A stretch of 64,000 nucleotides of DNA from Deltaproteobacteria bacterium (lineage in GTDB: Bacteria > Desulfobacterota > Binatia > DP-6): the NCBI GenBank assembly GCA_005888095.1, contig VBKF01000111.1, positions 260 to 64,259 on the forward strand, read 5' to 3'. Every line of letters starts with the position of its first letter. The stretch's first letter is position 1. The notes under the pieces were generated by a model. The model saw nothing but the letters and a program-made list of their open reading frames with translations, searched no databases and was not told the origin of the DNA. Shown piece after piece: positions 63,083-64,000 of this stretch. The translations under genes and the position numbers were made by a program.

Positions 63083-63553
63083 TCACTCTCGGCTCGACGA
63101 GCGGCGCCGGGCTGCTCCTCCCTTGATCCGGCGGCGCCGGGGTGCGCGCAACCTCGAGGCGTCACGGGCCTTCGTCAGCACGCCGATCAGCTCCAGCAGC
63201 GCATCGACATCGACCGGTTTCCGAAGGCAGGCTGCGACCCGCAGCGGCGCGACCTTCTCCTGGAGGTCGCCGCCGCACGAGAAGACGATCACCGGGATCG
63301 ACGCGATCTCGGGGTCCTGCATCTGCTGGACCCGGAACTCGAAGCCGTCCATCACCGGCAGCATCAGGTCGAGCAGAATCAAGGAGGCCGAGGCCTCGCG
63401 GAGCCGGGCGAGGGCCTCGCGACCCTCGCCGGCGCACACCACGTCGTAGCCCGCGTCCTCCAGCGTTAAACGCAGCGCGTCACGCACGTCCGGGTCGTCC
63501 TCGACCAGGAGGATGGGCCGCGCGTGCACGTGTCTCGCCATGGGTACACTCAT
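63083..63553 (-). CDS. Single-domain response regulator (CheY-like receiver)
   Basis: Starts at the internal Met of track ORF 63083..63898. PILLVEDDPDVRDALRLTLEDAGYDVV...LILLDLMLPVMDGFEF...IPVIVFS...KP shows the receiver-domain Asp pocket and the phospho-acceptor LLDL. Confidence 0.7.
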   Translation of the reverse strand: MSVPMARHVHARPILLVEDDPDVRDALRLTLEDAGYDVVCAGEGREALARLREASASLILLDLMLPVMDGFEFRVQQMQDPEIASIPVIVFSCGGDLQEKVAPLRVAACLRKPVDVDALLELIGVLTKARDASRLRAPRRRRIKGGAARRRSSSRE

Positions 63554-63679
63554 CCGGCATCTTTCTAAAGCCGGTGCCCGCCTGGTGCCGCAATCCCCGG
63601 CATATGGGGGGATCGAGAAGGAAATGAGGGAACAACGCGTTCCTCGGGGGGGCAGAGGTGCCTCGTTCTTCCGGGCAGC

Positions 63680-64000
63680 ATGCGAACGAAGGTCGCCGTC
63701 CCGATGGCCGTCCTGAAGCCGACCTCGCGGCGCCTGCCCGCGCTCGACTGGCTGCGCGGGCTGGTGATGGTCCTGATGACGGTCGACCACGCGTCGGGGA
63801 CTTTCAACGCCGGGCGCCTGATGACCGACGGGCTCGCGCTCTACCGGCCTGGCACACCCCTCCCCGCGTCCCAGTTCCTGACCCGCTGGATCACCCATCT
63901 GTGTGCGCCGACCTTCGTCTTCCTGGCCGGATCCGCCCTGGCGCTCAGCGTGCAGAAGCGCGAGGCCGCGGGAGAGTCTCCGCGCGCCATCGACCGCTTC
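63680..64000 (+). CDS. Membrane protein, acyltransferase-3 / DUF1624-like (heparan-alpha-glucosaminide N-acetyltransferase-like). The 3' end runs off the window edge
   Basis: Manual translation gives MRTKVAVPMAVLKPTSRRLPALDWLRGLVMVLMTVDHASG...FVFLAGSALALS with no stop before the window end. It is absent from the track for that reason. Confidence 0.45.
   Translation, partial: MRTKVAVPMAVLKPTSRRLPALDWLRGLVMVLMTVDHASGTFNAGRLMTDGLALYRPGTPLPASQFLTRWITHLCAPTFVFLAGSALALSVQKREAAGESPRAIDRF

Overview
This 64 kb window has about 70% GC. It very probably comes from a Myxococcota-like Gram-negative genome, because three secreted proteins carry Myxococcales-type cysteine-rich repeats (CGDG..EECD..C motifs), the locus encodes OpgG/OpgH and ExeA/ExeB-like proteins, and two proteins start with Tat-type twin-arginine signal peptides. 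It is densely coding on both strands. Many adjacent genes are translationally coupled through 4-nt ATGA, GTGA or TTGA stop/start overlaps, which I used as support for start-codon choice. I found no rRNA, tRNA, CRISPR array, transposase or integrase.

The six-frame ORF track contains many long arginine-rich ORFs antisense to real genes, which are high-GC artefacts. Two genes at the window edges (a GH94 phosphorylase at 1..3183 and a membrane protein at 63680..64000) are missing from the track because they have no in-window stop.

Main content, in order:
1. A 13.6 kb co-directional, stop/start-coupled minus-strand gene string. It holds opgG and opgH (periplasmic beta-1,2-glucan synthesis), a sugar ABC importer (lipoprotein substrate-binding protein plus two permeases), a 1065-aa secreted multi-domain glycoside-hydrolase-like protein, and a GH94 glycoside phosphorylase of the 1,2-beta-oligoglucan phosphorylase / cyclic-glucan-synthase type. 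Together these look like a beta-1,2-glucan make-and-recycle locus.
2. A ferritin-like di-iron protein and a PaaI thioesterase.
3. A copper island: two divergent paralogous Tat-secreted multicopper oxidases around a low-GC intergenic region with a shared inverted 10-mer, and an Sco1/SenC copper chaperone coupled to the second oxidase.
4. Acyl-CoA dehydrogenases, three LLM-class flavin/F420-type oxidoreductases, a PPOX-family protein and PdxH, and two PF04909 amidohydrolases.
5. Two type II toxin-antitoxin pairs (ParDE-like, VapBC) flanking an ExeA/ExeB-like (GspA/GspB) pair, an MFS transporter and an NmrA-like protein.
6. HrpB helicase, a lipase-maturation-factor-like membrane protein, and an orphan Flp pilin gene.
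7. NDH-2.
8. A cytochrome-c-peroxidase-like haem protein fused to three Myxococcales cysteine-rich repeats and two CBM-like beta-sandwich domains, plus other novel cysteine-rich secreted proteins.
9. A purple acid phosphatase with a roughly 150-residue poly-threonine linker and thrombospondin-type-3 repeats.
10. A thioesterase / split acyl-CoA dehydrogenase / LLM-oxidoreductase operon.
11. MAPEG-like membrane proteins.
12. An HxlR regulator coupled to a molybdopterin oxidoreductase, a single-domain response regulator, and a partial membrane protein at the 3' edge.

All family assignments come from reading the translations and recognising motifs. No database searches were run.
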